Assembly: GCA_045593725.1 (NCBI GenBank)
Contig: JAZNXE010000009.1
Coordinates: forward strand, 1 to 62,323
DNA length: 62,323 bases
DNA from: Eubacteriales bacterium
Lineage (GTDB): Bacteria > Bacillota > Clostridia > Oscillospirales > CAG-272
Direction of reading: 5' to 3'
The position numbers and the translations under genes were made by a program. Each line of letters opens with the position of its first letter. Position 1 is the first letter of the stretch. The notes under the pieces were generated by a model. The model worked only from the letters and a program-made list of their open reading frames with translations. It was not told the DNA's origin and did no database searches. Shown here piece by piece: positions 45,546 to 55,654 of the stretch.

Positions 45546-46424
45546 TTATTTGTTTATTGTCTTGTAAAGCTCGTCCGAGAGGGCGGTAAACTCTGCTACG
45601 CCCAGCTTTTCTCCGCGGATATTGACGTCGTGTCCGCATTTTGCTATGATGTCGGTTATTTCCTCCTTGGAAAGCTCGTTGAATACCGCCGAAAGGGCGT
45701 TGGGCAGAGTCTTTCTGCGCTGCTCAAAGGCGGCGCGTATGGTGCGGAAGAACGTGCGCTCATCCATAGGCTTATAGGGCTTCTCACTGTGTAGTTTTAT
45801 GCGTACCACGGAGGAATCTACCTTAGGCGCGGGGATGAAGTTGGCGGCGCTCACCTTGAAGAGCTTTTCGGGAGAACCGTAATAGCCGAGCACCGAGGTT
45901 ATAGCTCCGCAATTCTTGTCCCCCGGTGTGGCGCAAAGGCGGTCGGCAACCTCGGACTGTATCATTATGGTAATATATTCAAAGGGAAGCCCCGACTCAA
46001 GAAGCTTCATAAGGATAGGTGTTGTGATGTAGTAGGGAAGATTCGCGCAGACCGACACCTTACCGTTCTCAAAATAGGGAGCAAGTATGGCGGCGAGGTC
46101 TGCCTTCATAACGTCCTCGTTGATGACAGTGATGTTTTTGTAGTCCCCGAGAGTGTATCTGAGGACGGGAATCAGTCCGTGGTCTATCTCAAGAGCCACC
46201 ACGTTTTTGTATCTCTGGGCAAGCTCCCTTGTGAGTGAGCCTATACCCGGCCCGATTTCAAGAATAGTGCTGTCAGCGTTATCACAGCAGCTGTCGGCAA
46301 TGTCCTCTACCACCATATTGTTAGTAAGAAAATTCTGACCGAACTCCTTTCTGAAGTTCAGAGAGAACATAGCCATTATCTGTTTTATGGTTTTTATATC
46401 GCAAAGATTCATAGGCGCTCCCAT
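45546..46424 (-). CDS. rsmA: 16S rRNA (adenine1518/1519-N6)-dimethyltransferase
   Basis: FGQNFL, the SAM motif LEIGPGIGSLT and NLPYYITTPI are present. The ATG at 46412 is an alternative start. Confidence 0.93.
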   Translation of the reverse strand: MGAPMNLCDIKTIKQIMAMFSLNFRKEFGQNFLTNNMVVEDIADSCCDNADSTILEIGPGIGSLTRELAQRYKNVVALEIDHGLIPVLRYTLGDYKNITVINEDVMKADLAAILAPYFENGKVSVCANLPYYITTPILMKLLESGLPFEYITIMIQSEVADRLCATPGDKNCGAITSVLGYYGSPEKLFKVSAANFIPAPKVDSSVVRIKLHSEKPYKPMDERTFFRTIRAAFEQRRKTLPNALSAVFNELSKEEITDIIAKCGHDVNIRGEKLGVAEFTALSDELYKTINK

Positions 46425-46435
46425 TAGTTACGAAT

Positions 46436-46464
46436 TAAAAAGCACTGCCTCGGGCAGTGCTTTT
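46436..46464. terminator. terminator hairpin after tRNA-Thr
   Basis: AAAAA GCACTGCC tcg GGCAGTGC TTTTT. Confidence 0.8.
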
Positions 46465-46540
46465 TGGAGCTGGTGATGTGACTCGAACACACGACCTGCT
46501 GATTACGAATCAGCTGCACTACCGACTGTGCTACACCAGC
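46465..46540 (-). tRNA. tRNA-Thr (CGU)
   Basis: The reverse complement reads GCTGGTGTAGCACAGTCGGTAGTGCAGCTGATTCGTAATCAGCAGGTCGTGTGTTCGAGTCACATCACCAGCTCCA. The anticodon loop is TTCGTAA. Confidence 0.9.
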
Positions 46541-46727
46541 AATATGACCATATTATTATAATCTATAAAATCAGGTTTGTCAATAGCTTTCGGCTATTTT
46601 TTTGGATGGTTTGGCGCAAATAACAACAAAATCTGCCAAATGCGAAAAAAGTCCTTGATTTATTTTTCTCTTTGTTATATAATAGAAATGTGTATCCATT
46701 TTTAAGAAAAAGAAAGAGGATGGAAAA

Positions 46728-47216
46728 ATGAGCAGAGTTTCAAAGCATAATTATTATCTTGATATTGCCCAGACCGTGGCAGAGAGATGCACCTGCTTGC
46801 GTAAAAAATTCGGGGCAATTATAGTCAAGGATGACGTAATAGTTTCCACAGGCTACAACGGCGCTCCCAGAGGCAGGCAGAATTGCAGTGATATAGGCTA
46901 CTGTATGAGAGATAAGCTCAATATTCCCCGCGGTGAGAGATACGAGCTGTGCCGCTCGGTACACGCCGAGGCTAACGCTATAATCGCGGCGGCGCGTGAG
47001 AGGATGCTCGGAGCTACCATATATATGGCGTGTCTTGACGCTAAGGACAACAGCCTTGTGAGCGGCACAAGCAGCTGTATGATGTGTAAGCGCCTTGTAA
47101 TAAACGCGGGAATTTCTCAGGTTATAGTACGTGATACCAAGGATGAATACCGTATAATAGACGTTCAGTCCTGGATAGAAGACGACGATTCCCTCAGCGG
47201 AATTTTCGGATATTGA
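46728..47216 (+). CDS. dCMP deaminase family protein (ComEB-like)
   Basis: Zinc motifs are VHAEANAI and SSCMMCKRLVINAGI. Confidence 0.88.
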   Translation: MSRVSKHNYYLDIAQTVAERCTCLRKKFGAIIVKDDVIVSTGYNGAPRGRQNCSDIGYCMRDKLNIPRGERYELCRSVHAEANAIIAAARERMLGATIYMACLDAKDNSLVSGTSSCMMCKRLVINAGISQVIVRDTKDEYRIIDVQSWIEDDDSLSGIFGY

Positions 47217-47217
47217 T

Positions 47218-47667
47218 ATGAGCGCTGACGCTAAGGCGGTGCGGCTTACCGCCGAGATGCTCGGCGGAGCTGCTATACTTGAAGCTCGGTGCTTTTCCCA
47301 GCCCTGGAGCGAAAAGAGTCTTGAGCTATTACTGGGAGAGCGGGGAGTGGGATTTGCAATCCTTATTGATGGCTCGGTAGCCGCCTACGGCGGAATGATT
47401 ACCGTTCTTGACGAGGGGCAGATAACCAACATAGCCGTAGCCCCCGAGTATAGGCGCAGGGGCTTGGGGCGAGAGATACTTCGCTCCCTTGAGAACCATG
47501 CCCTAAAAAACGGCATAAGCCTTCTTTCTCTTGAGGTCAGAGCCTCAAACGCGGCGGCGCGCTCGCTTTATGTGTCCCAAGGGTGGAGCGAGGTCGGCGT
47601 AAGAAAGAATTTTTATAAGCTTCCCGCGGAGGACGCGGTGATAATGACAAAAGCATTAAAGGAATAA
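47218..47667 (+). CDS. rimI: ribosomal-protein-alanine N-acetyltransferase
   Basis: The GNAT core is NIAVAPEYRRRGLGREIL. The gene sits immediately upstream of tsaD. Confidence 0.85.
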   Translation: MSADAKAVRLTAEMLGGAAILEARCFSQPWSEKSLELLLGERGVGFAILIDGSVAAYGGMITVLDEGQITNIAVAPEYRRRGLGREILRSLENHALKNGISLLSLEVRASNAAARSLYVSQGWSEVGVRKNFYKLPAEDAVIMTKALKE

Positions 47668-47671
47668 TTCA

Positions 47672-48685
47672 ATGTATATTTTAGGCATAGAAAGCTCCTG
47701 TGACGAAACCTCGGCAGCCGTGGTGTGTATGGAGGAGGGGCGCAGAGAGGTGCTCTCCAACATAGTGGCATCCCAGATAGAGATACACCGTCTTTACGGC
47801 GGAGTAGTTCCCGAGATAGCCAGCAGAGCACACATTGAGGCAATAAGCCGCATAACCTACGAGGCTCTTGAGGTCGCGGGGCTGTCCATAGAGGATATAG
47901 GCTGTATAGCGGTCACATCCCACCCCGGACTTATAGGCGCACTTTTGGTAGGGGTCAATTTCGCCAAATCCCTTGCCTTTGCTCAGGGGATACCCTTAGT
48001 GGCGGTAAATCATATCAAAGCGCACATAGCGGCGGCATATCTTGAATACCCCGACCTTCGCGCGCCCTTTACAGCCCTTGTGGTATCGGGAGGGCATACG
48101 GCGTTTTACCGAGTCGATACGCCCACCGACCTTGTTGAGATAGGCGGAACACGGGATGACGCTGCAGGGGAGGCGTTTGACAAGATAGGCAGAGTTATAG
48201 GTATGCCATATCCCGCGGGGGCGGCTATGGATAAGCTGGCTTACGAGGGCGACCCCACAGCCATAAGGCTTCCTTCCCCCGCAATGATTGGGGATAACGC
48301 GGATTTCTCCTTCAGCGGACTTAAAACCGCGGCGCTGAATTACATAAATTCAGAGAGGCAGAAGGAAAAGGAACCCTCCCATGCTGATATGGCGGCATCC
48401 TATACCAAGGTCATAGTTGATGCTATCGTGAAGAAAACTCAATATATAATTGATAAATACGCTCCCGCGCAGCTTGTTCTTGCGGGGGGTGTGGCGGCAA
48501 ATTCTCATATAAGACGGGCGTTGGAGAGCCTTTGCGAAAAGAAAAGGGTCACCTTCTGCAAGCCAAGCATGAGTCTTTGCTCGGATAACGCCGCTATGGT
48601 GGCGGCTGCGGGATATTTTGAATATCTCGCGGGGAATTTTGCTACTACTTCGCTGAATGCGTCGGCAAGCGACGACGGCAATTGA
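47672..48685 (+). CDS. tsaD: tRNA N6-adenosine threonylcarbamoyltransferase
   Basis: ILGIESSCDETSAAV, VNHIKAHI and GGVAANS are present. Confidence 0.95.
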   Translation: MYILGIESSCDETSAAVVCMEEGRREVLSNIVASQIEIHRLYGGVVPEIASRAHIEAISRITYEALEVAGLSIEDIGCIAVTSHPGLIGALLVGVNFAKSLAFAQGIPLVAVNHIKAHIAAAYLEYPDLRAPFTALVVSGGHTAFYRVDTPTDLVEIGGTRDDAAGEAFDKIGRVIGMPYPAGAAMDKLAYEGDPTAIRLPSPAMIGDNADFSFSGLKTAALNYINSERQKEKEPSHADMAASYTKVIVDAIVKKTQYIIDKYAPAQLVLAGGVAANSHIRRALESLCEKKRVTFCKPSMSLCSDNAAMVAAAGYFEYLAGNFATTSLNASASDDGN

Positions 48686-48698
48686 TTAAGGAGGAAAA

Positions 48699-49430
48699 AT
48701 GGCAGACAGCATAAAGAAGGTCGGCAGATACACGGACGACGTGGACGAGCTGCTGAGGAATGAGCCTGATTTTTCGTTTGGAGGGGAGCATGAGATATCA
48801 CGCCCCGACGTATCCTCGGCGGTAATAAAAAGACTGCCCAAATATTTCAGATATCTGCGCCAGCTCATAAGGCAGGGAAAGACGCGGGTCAGCTCGGCGG
48901 AGCTTTCAAGAATGATGAATCTCACCGCATCCCAGATAAGACAGGACCTTAACTGCTTCGGTGGCTTCGGTCAGCAGGGATACGGCTATAACGTAAACTA
49001 CCTTTACTCAAAAATATGCGAGATACTTGGAGTATCCTGCGGATTCCGAGCCGCCCTTATCGGTACGGGTAATCTTGGAAAGGCACTTGTGAGAAACCCT
49101 ATGTTTGAGAAGCGCGGAGTAGATGTGGTGGCGCTCTTTGACACCTCCCCTGAGGTCATAGGCAGGGAGGTAGCGGGGCTTAAGGTCTTATCTATGGATG
49201 AGCTTGAGAGTAAGCTTGAGGAGCTGGGAGTACATATAGCTATACTAACACTTCCCAAGGAATACGCCAACGAGGTGCTTTGCCGTCTTGAGGGAACAAG
49301 GGTAAAGGGTATATGGAACTTTACGGGCAAGGAGCTTGACGTGAGCGGAAGCAATATAGTAGTAGAGGACGTGCATCTGGGCGACTCGCTTATGGCACTC
49401 TGCTACGAGATAGCGAAAAATAAGGATTGA
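48699..49430 (+). CDS. rex: redox-sensing transcriptional repressor Rex
   Basis: AVIKRLPKYFRYL, the Rossmann motif LIGTGNLGKAL and NFT are present. An N-terminal extension of about 35 aa precedes the conserved start. Confidence 0.9.
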   Translation: MADSIKKVGRYTDDVDELLRNEPDFSFGGEHEISRPDVSSAVIKRLPKYFRYLRQLIRQGKTRVSSAELSRMMNLTASQIRQDLNCFGGFGQQGYGYNVNYLYSKICEILGVSCGFRAALIGTGNLGKALVRNPMFEKRGVDVVALFDTSPEVIGREVAGLKVLSMDELESKLEELGVHIAILTLPKEYANEVLCRLEGTRVKGIWNFTGKELDVSGSNIVVEDVHLGDSLMALCYEIAKNKD

Positions 49431-49470
49431 GGGGCTGTAATTGCCCGTCGATAAAGAATTGAGGGGTAAT

Positions 49471-50469
49471 ATGGGAAAAACGGCTAAAAGAATAAAGTAC
49501 AGAAACTCACAGCTCCCAGAGGAGCTTGGGAAGATACTCTCCAACGCTGACGAGAATGACCTTAAAATACTTATAGCTCTTATGATGGCGGCTGATGAAA
49601 ATGGAGAGATACCCGAGGATTTTTCGGTGAGCAGCGCTTTGGGCGTTGAGAAAGCCGACGTTGCCGCGTCAGTGAAATTCTGGCGGGGAGCGGGTATCAT
49701 TGAGGGTGCTAAAAGCCAGAATGCCGCGAGAGCAAAAAAAGAGGTTGGCAATACCCCCAAGGAGCAAAAGGGCAGAGTGGAAACCGCTCACAGAAACGGT
49801 GCCGTTGAGAACAGTGAGGGAATATCTACATACGGAAGCGATGAGCTTGCCACTCTCTTTGAAAAGCGCAGAATATCCGCTGAGTTTATAGACGAGGCGC
49901 AGAGAGTGTTCGGCAAGACCTTCAATTCCTATGATACGGGAATAGTGGTAGGGCTTGTTGACCGCCTTGGCTTTGAGGAGGAGGCGGTGCTTGCCATACT
50001 TGCTTATATGACGAGAATAGGCAAAAAGGGTCTGCGATATACCGAAAAGGTAGCCTTGGGCTTTTATGACGACGGCTACACACGCACTCACGAGGTGGTG
50101 GAGCGTATAGCGGTTATAGAGCGCTCCAAGGAGGTCATTTCCAAGGTCAAGCAGCTTTTCGGTGTTGGCAGCAGAGAGCTGTCTCGAAGTGAGAAGACTA
50201 TGTTTGAAAAGTGGACTCAGAAATTTGGATACGACATAGACGTTATAAGATTGGCGTACGATATTACCATAGATATAAAGCACGAGCCAATACCGAAATA
50301 TACGGGAGCGATACTTGAAAGCTGGTATAACGAGGGTCTGCGCACGGCAGATGAAATTACCGCCTTTGAAAAGGCAAAGAAGGAGGGCAAGGCTCAGGAT
50401 GGCAAGAGCTATGACCTTGACGATTTCTTTGAGGCGGCGCTTAAGAGAAGCTTTGAGGACCTGAAATAA
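49471..50469 (+). CDS. DnaD-domain replication protein (DnaB_2 type helicase-loader partner)
   Basis: I preferred the ATG at 49471 over the TTG at 49441. The C-terminal DnaD/DnaB_2-like repeats include WTQKFGYDIDVIRLAYD and ILESWYNEGLRT. Confidence 0.65.
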   Translation: MGKTAKRIKYRNSQLPEELGKILSNADENDLKILIALMMAADENGEIPEDFSVSSALGVEKADVAASVKFWRGAGIIEGAKSQNAARAKKEVGNTPKEQKGRVETAHRNGAVENSEGISTYGSDELATLFEKRRISAEFIDEAQRVFGKTFNSYDTGIVVGLVDRLGFEEEAVLAILAYMTRIGKKGLRYTEKVALGFYDDGYTRTHEVVERIAVIERSKEVISKVKQLFGVGSRELSRSEKTMFEKWTQKFGYDIDVIRLAYDITIDIKHEPIPKYTGAILESWYNEGLRTADEITAFEKAKKEGKAQDGKSYDLDDFFEAALKRSFEDLK

Positions 50470-50485
50470 ATAAAAAGAGGTTTTT

Positions 50486-51454
50486 ATGGGATACAACAGA
50501 GAGGATTACGTCAGAATAAAGGCGGAATATACCAATAAATATCTTAAGGCAAGACAGGAAGCTGACGCCAGACGTCAGGAGATATATGCCCGTATTCCCG
50601 AGATACGGCAGATTGATGCTCTTCTTGGTGGAACGGGTAGGGAAATAATGGGTATCATCACATCGGGTAAGGATGGTACACAGGAAAAAATTGCTATACT
50701 CAAGGAGCGAAATAGTAAGCTTCTTGCCCAAAGGGGAGAGTTGCTCTGCCAAAAGGGATATCCCGAGGACTATTCGGATATAAGATATGAATGTGACAAA
50801 TGCGCCGACAGCGGATACTCGGACGGTAAAATGTGCGAGTGTATGAAGCGCGCTCTGGTCCTTGCGGGATATGAATCCTCGGGACTTGGCGGACTTATAC
50901 GCAGTCAGAGCTTTGATAATTTCTCCCTTGACTACTACAAGGTGGGAGGCGGAAACGCTGATATGATGCAGATGTTCGTTACCGCCCTCAGAGGCTTTGC
51001 CGAGGGCTTTTCTGCCGATACTTACAGAAACTATCTCTTGATGGGAGGCACAGGACTTGGAAAGACTCATCTTTCCACCGCTGTGGCGAAAACGGTAATA
51101 GACCGAGGCTTTGACGTTCTTTACGTTACCGCGGTGGGTATGCTTGGTGATTTTGAGGACAAGCGCTTCGGCAACGGAGAGGGCACAAAGAGCACCGATA
51201 GGTACTACGGAGCCGATCTGCTTATCATAGACGACCTTGGCACAGAGGTGGTAAATCAGTTTACCCTGTCCTGCCTTTACGACGTCATCAATTCAAGAAT
51301 AAACAACAGGAAATGCACCTTTATAAATACCAATCTCAACAAAAAGGAGATTGAGGCAAAGTACAGCGAGAGAATAACCAGCCGACTTTTTGGTGAATAT
51401 TATCCTCTTCTCTTTGTGGGTACCGATATCCGCAAGCAGAAGGTGAAGCGATAA
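50486..51454 (+). CDS. DnaC/DnaI-type helicase loader ATPase
   Basis: The N-terminal Cys cluster is CDKCADSGY..CEC. Walker A is GGTGLGKTHL and Walker B is LLIIDDLG. Confidence 0.85.
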   Translation: MGYNREDYVRIKAEYTNKYLKARQEADARRQEIYARIPEIRQIDALLGGTGREIMGIITSGKDGTQEKIAILKERNSKLLAQRGELLCQKGYPEDYSDIRYECDKCADSGYSDGKMCECMKRALVLAGYESSGLGGLIRSQSFDNFSLDYYKVGGGNADMMQMFVTALRGFAEGFSADTYRNYLLMGGTGLGKTHLSTAVAKTVIDRGFDVLYVTAVGMLGDFEDKRFGNGEGTKSTDRYYGADLLIIDDLGTEVVNQFTLSCLYDVINSRINNRKCTFINTNLNKKEIEAKYSERITSRLFGEYYPLLFVGTDIRKQKVKR

Positions 51455-51480
51455 GGGAGAATAAATTTTCAAAAAACTAT

Positions 51481-51508
51481 TTACAAAGCGGCGTGAAGTG
51501 TGTATAAT
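51481..51508 (+). promoter_or_regulatory. promoter of the T-box / cysES unit
   Basis: TTACAA, a 16-nt spacer, then TATAAT preceded by TG. Confidence 0.55.
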
Positions 51509-51514
51509 ATAGTA

Positions 51515-51736
51515 TAAGATAGGTCGGTGAAGAGGAAGAACCCCGGACTCAAAAGCAGAGAATTTCCGTCTTGGCTGTGAACGGAGATATGAGAGGCTTG
51601 GCTTGTGCGCCACGGAGACCTTGCGGCAGCGCCGCACGTATTCCGCGTTAAGGAGTAAGAGGGATGAATTTCATCCGAAGCAGAGTGGAACCGCGTTTAC
51701 ACGCCTCTGTGCCATAGGCACGGAGGCGTATTTTTA
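51515..51736 (+). promoter_or_regulatory. T-box leader, Cys specifier
   Basis: The T-box sequence AGAGTGGAACCGCG lies at 51682-51695. The terminator CGCCTCTGTGCC ata GGCACGGAGGCG followed by a T-run (tATTTTT) lies at 51701-51735. The candidate specifier TGC is at 51606-51608. cysE-cysS lie downstream. Confidence 0.85.
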
Positions 51737-51749
51737 TTTGGAGGAGAAT

Positions 51750-52493
51750 ATGGAGCCTGTAAAAAAGACCGATAAGAAAGAAAATAAAATAGCAAAGGAT
51801 GCCGCGCTTTACGTTAAAAAAGTAAAGAACGGCGCTAAGTATCTGGTAAAAACCGTTAAGGAGGATGTTGCCGCTGTGCGTGAGCGCGACCCCGCGGCAA
51901 GGAGCAACGCGGAGGTGCTTCTGCTCTATTCGGGCGTCCACGCCCTGATTGCCCATAGGATAGCTCACGGACTTCACAAAAACAAGCACTATTTTGCCGC
52001 AAGAGCTATAAGTCAGGCGGCAAAGATGATAACGGGCATCGAGATACATCCGGGCGCTACCATTGGAAAGGGACTTGTGATAGACCACGGCACGGGTGTG
52101 GTTATAGGAGAAACTGCCGAGATAGGCGACAACTGTACCATATATCAAGGGGTTACTCTTGGAGGTACGGGTAAGGACGTAGGAAAGCGTCACCCCACTC
52201 TTGGCAACAACGTAATGGTGGGAGCGGGTGCAAAGGTGCTGGGACCCTTCTATATAGGTGATAACACCAAGATAGCGGCTAATGCCGTTGTGCTTGAGGA
52301 GATACCCGAGAATTGTACCGCCGTGGGAATTCCCGCTAAGGTAGTCAGGAGAGAGGGCCTCAGAGTGGAGAACGACCTTGACCAGATACACATTCCCGAC
52401 CCTGTGGCACAGGAGATAAGACGGCTTGAGGATAAGCTTTCGGCGCTGGAGGGGGAGCTTGCCCAAATCAAAGCAAAAAAGAAGATAAGATGA
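51750..52493 (+). CDS. cysE: serine O-acetyltransferase
   Basis: The ATG is at 51750. Hexapeptide repeats are GIEIHPGATIG, DHGTGVVIGETAEIG and GNNVMVGAGAKVLG. Confidence 0.92.
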   Translation: MEPVKKTDKKENKIAKDAALYVKKVKNGAKYLVKTVKEDVAAVRERDPAARSNAEVLLLYSGVHALIAHRIAHGLHKNKHYFAARAISQAAKMITGIEIHPGATIGKGLVIDHGTGVVIGETAEIGDNCTIYQGVTLGGTGKDVGKRHPTLGNNVMVGAGAKVLGPFYIGDNTKIAANAVVLEEIPENCTAVGIPAKVVRREGLRVENDLDQIHIPDPVAQEIRRLEDKLSALEGELAQIKAKKKIR

Positions 52494-52505
52494 GGAAGAC
52501 AAAAG

Positions 52506-53951
52506 ATGTATATATATAATTCGCTTACGAGAAAGAAAGAGGAATTTATACCCAACGTAGAGGGAAAGGTGTCTATGTACACCTGCGGTCCTACGGTGTA
52601 TCATTACGCGCACATAGGCAATCTTCGCAGCTATATAATGGAGGACGTCCTTGAAAAATATCTTCGCTATACGGGACTTGACGTAACGAGAGTTATGAAT
52701 ATAACCGACGTAGGACATCTGTCAAGTGACGCGGACACGGGCGAGGATAAAATGCTTAAGGGCGCGCGCAGGGAGAACAAGACCGTGCTTCAGATAGCGA
52801 AATATTATACCGACGCGTTTTTTGCCGATTGCGCGAAGCTTAATATAAAAACTCCCGAGGTGGTAGCTCCCGCTACTACGTGCATCGATGAGTTTATCTC
52901 TACTATTCAGGCTCTGATTGAAAAGGGCTTTGCCTACGAGGCGGGAGGAAACATATATTTTGATACCTCTAAGCTGGAGCAATACTACGTATTTAACGAC
53001 TTTAAGGAGGAGGACCTTGAGGTAGGCGTCCGCGAGGGGGTTGAGGAGGACGGAAATAAGAAAAACAAGGCTGACTTCGTTCTCTGGTTCACCAAATCGA
53101 AATTCGACGACCAGGAGCTGAAATGGGAAAGTCCTTGGGGAATAGGTTATCCGGGATGGCATATCGAGTGCTCCTGCATAAGCATGAAGTATCTCGGAGA
53201 GCGTCTTGACCTCCACTGCGGAGGAATAGACAACGCGTTCCCCCACCACACCAACGAAATCGCCCAGAGCGAGGCGTTTATAGGACATAAATGGTGTAAT
53301 TACTGGTTCCACGTTCACCACCTTAATACAAATTCGGGTAAGATGAGCAAATCGAGCGGAGAATTTCTTACGGTTTCGCTTCTTGAGGGCAAGGGCTACG
53401 ACCCGCTGGTTTACCGTTTCTTCTGTTTGCAGTCCCATTACCGCAAATCTCTGGTGTTCTCCTATGAGAATCTTGACAACGCCGCTATCGCGTATAAAAA
53501 GCTGGTAGCGAAAATTGCCGCTGCTATGAAGGAGGAGCAGGGAGCTATTGACGATGGCGCGTTCTCGCTGCTTAAGGCAAAATTTGTAAAGGCTATGGAC
53601 GCGGACCTGAATACGTCCTTGGCGGTTACCGCTCTTTACGACGTGCTGAAGGCTGATACTACTCCTGCCACGAAGATTGCTCTCATCAAGGATTTTGACA
53701 GAGTTCTTTGCGTAGGACTTATTTCCGCGGCAGAAAGGGCTATTGAGGACGAGAGGAGAGAGGCAGAGGAAAAGGCGGCAGCACTTGCCAACGACCCCTT
53801 TGCGGCTTACGTTGAGGATATGATAAGACAGAGAGCCGAGGCTAAGAAGGCTAAGGATTACGCGAGAGCCGACGAAATAAGAGCAGAGCTTGCCGAAAAG
53901 GGAGTAAGCCTTAAGGACACCTCTGCGGGAACTACCTGGAGCAGGGCATAA
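52506..53951 (+). CDS. cysS: cysteine--tRNA ligase
   Basis: The HIGH motif is YHYAHIGN and the KMSKS motif is GKMSKSSG. Confidence 0.96.
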   Translation: MYIYNSLTRKKEEFIPNVEGKVSMYTCGPTVYHYAHIGNLRSYIMEDVLEKYLRYTGLDVTRVMNITDVGHLSSDADTGEDKMLKGARRENKTVLQIAKYYTDAFFADCAKLNIKTPEVVAPATTCIDEFISTIQALIEKGFAYEAGGNIYFDTSKLEQYYVFNDFKEEDLEVGVREGVEEDGNKKNKADFVLWFTKSKFDDQELKWESPWGIGYPGWHIECSCISMKYLGERLDLHCGGIDNAFPHHTNEIAQSEAFIGHKWCNYWFHVHHLNTNSGKMSKSSGEFLTVSLLEGKGYDPLVYRFFCLQSHYRKSLVFSYENLDNAAIAYKKLVAKIAAAMKEEQGAIDDGAFSLLKAKFVKAMDADLNTSLAVTALYDVLKADTTPATKIALIKDFDRVLCVGLISAAERAIEDERREAEEKAAALANDPFAAYVEDMIRQRAEAKKAKDYARADEIRAELAEKGVSLKDTSAGTTWSRA

Positions 53952-54013
53952 TTTGAGGCGGTCGGCATTTTTGCATATGTTATTACCGAACCGTTAAGTT
54001 ATTTTTAAAACCG

Positions 54014-54061
54014 AAAAAACTCCTTTTTCGACCCTTTTTGGCGTCAAAAAGGAGTTTTTTT
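54014..54061 (+). terminator. cysS terminator
   Basis: AAAAAACTCCTTTTT ... AAAAAGGAGTTTTTT. Confidence 0.75.
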
Positions 54062-54220
54062 CGTGATTTGAAAAAATTTTTAAAAAAATAGCAAAAATTA
54101 AAGGAAAAATTTTGAAAAGAGCTGAAATTTCAAGGCATATTTTACTAAAAAACGGCATTTTTTGTTAAACATGCACAAAAATAAAATAAAATATAAGCAA
54201 ATTTTCTACACACAGGCGTA

Positions 54221-54249
54221 TTGAAAAATAGACGAATATAGTGTATAAT
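54221..54249 (+). promoter_or_regulatory. S10 operon promoter
   Basis: TTGAAA (54221-54226), a 17-nt spacer, then TATAAT (54244-54249), with an extended -10 TG. Confidence 0.65.
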
Positions 54250-54559
54250 TGTAAGGCTTGATATGCGTTGAAGCGAGAGGTTGCTGTCGGGTGACAACCG
54301 ACAGGTAATTTTCGCGGAGTATGTCCGATTAAACGGGCGAAGCAGATTTTCAATCACGGTCGTGTGCGGAATTGTGTTTATTACCCGAAATCCTTGCCCT
54401 TGGTGCTTTTCGGCTGGACTTCGGATTTTTAAATGGACACAAAGAAAACGCACGGCGCGGTGTTGAGAGCTGTGCCCCTGATGCGGTTCGCAAACGGCGT
54501 ACATTTAATTATATATGCGCGTATGTGAACAGGCAAATACTTACAGGAGGTAAAAACAG

Positions 54560-54871
54560 GTGGCAGTCAAGGAAAAGATCAGAGTAAGACTGAAGAGCTA
54601 CGACCACACTCTCATCGATGCGGCAGCAGAGAAGATCGTTGAGGTAGCGAAGAGAAACGGCGCAGCGGTTTCCGGTCCTATCCCGCTTCCTACCGACAAA
54701 GAGGTAGTAACCATTCTTCGCGCGGTACACAAGTACAAGGATAGCCGTGAGCAGTTTGAAATGCGTACACACAAGAGACTCATTGACATCGTAAAGCCTT
54801 CCCAGAAGGTCGTTGATGCTCTTATGAGTGTCGAGCTTCCCGCAGGCGTAGAGATCGAAGTAAAAATCTAA
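54560..54871 (+). CDS. rpsJ: 30S ribosomal protein S10
   Basis: The GTG start follows [17 protein letters not shown] is present. Confidence 0.95.
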   Translation: MAVKEKIRVRLKSYDHTLIDAAAEKIVEVAKRNGAAVSGPIPLPTDKEVVTILRAVHKYKDSREQFEMRTHKRLIDIVKPSQKVVDALMSVELPAGVEIEVKI

Positions 54872-55005
54872 TCAAGCACTTCGAAAAACGCCAAGACAAA
54901 GATAACAGCCGTTGCGACTCATTTCGCAGCTCGGTAACTTTGTAAATCATGTTGGCTTCATACATGCGAGGAGTCAACCAATAATTTACAGGAGGAAAAA
55001 GAAAA

Positions 55006-55635
55006 ATGAAAAAGGGTATTATCGGAAAGAAGATCGGTATGACACAGATCTTCGACGAAATCGGAAACGTAATTCCGGTTACGGTAATCCAGGCAGGTCC
55101 CTGCGTAGTAGCGCAGAAAAAGACCGTTGAAACCGATGGCTACAATGCCGTTCAGCTCGGCTTTGGAGCAGTTAAGGAAAAGCACATGACAAAAGCTGAA
55201 ATGGGACACTTCAAAAAGGCAAACGTTGAATTCAAGAAGCACCTTAAGGAATTCCGCCTTGACGACGTTTCCGCAGTAAACGTAGGTGACGTTATTACAG
55301 CCGATACCTTCGCCGCAGGCGACAAGGTCGACGTAACAGGTATAACGAAGGGCCGCGGTTACACTGGATGCGTTAAGAGATGGAACCACAGAATTCTCCG
55401 TATGACCCACGGTACAGGTCCTATCCACCGTCAGCCCGGCTCTATGGGTGTTATCGACCCTGCGAGAATCTTCAAGAACAAGAAGATGCCCGGTCAGTAC
55501 GGTAACGAGCAGGTAACTGTTCTCAATCTTAAGGTTGTGAAGATCGACTCCGAAAAGAATCTGATCGCCGTTAAGGGCGCTATTCCCGGCGCTAAGGACG
55601 GAATCGTATTCATTCGCGATTCGGTTAAAGCATAA
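55006..55635 (+). CDS. rplC: 50S ribosomal protein L3
   Basis: [16 protein letters not shown] is present. Confidence 0.96.
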   Translation: MKKGIIGKKIGMTQIFDEIGNVIPVTVIQAGPCVVAQKKTVETDGYNAVQLGFGAVKEKHMTKAEMGHFKKANVEFKKHLKEFRLDDVSAVNVGDVITADTFAAGDKVDVTGITKGRGYTGCVKRWNHRILRMTHGTGPIHRQPGSMGVIDPARIFKNKKMPGQYGNEQVTVLNLKVVKIDSEKNLIAVKGAIPGAKDGIVFIRDSVKA

Positions 55636-55654
55636 GCGAAGGAGGAAATAAGCT

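Noticed and set aside
49441-51454. The DnaD-like plus DnaC-like pair considered as a prophage or ICE replication module
   Set aside because: The pair is flanked on both sides by core genes (rimI-tsaD-rex and cysES). There are no integrase, structural or other mobile genes, and the composition is similar to the neighbours. It is most likely the chromosomal helicase-loading pair.
51648-52718. 356-aa minus-strand ORF
   Set aside because: It is antisense to cysE and the start of cysS and crosses the T-box terminator. It has no motif support. It is a shadow ORF.
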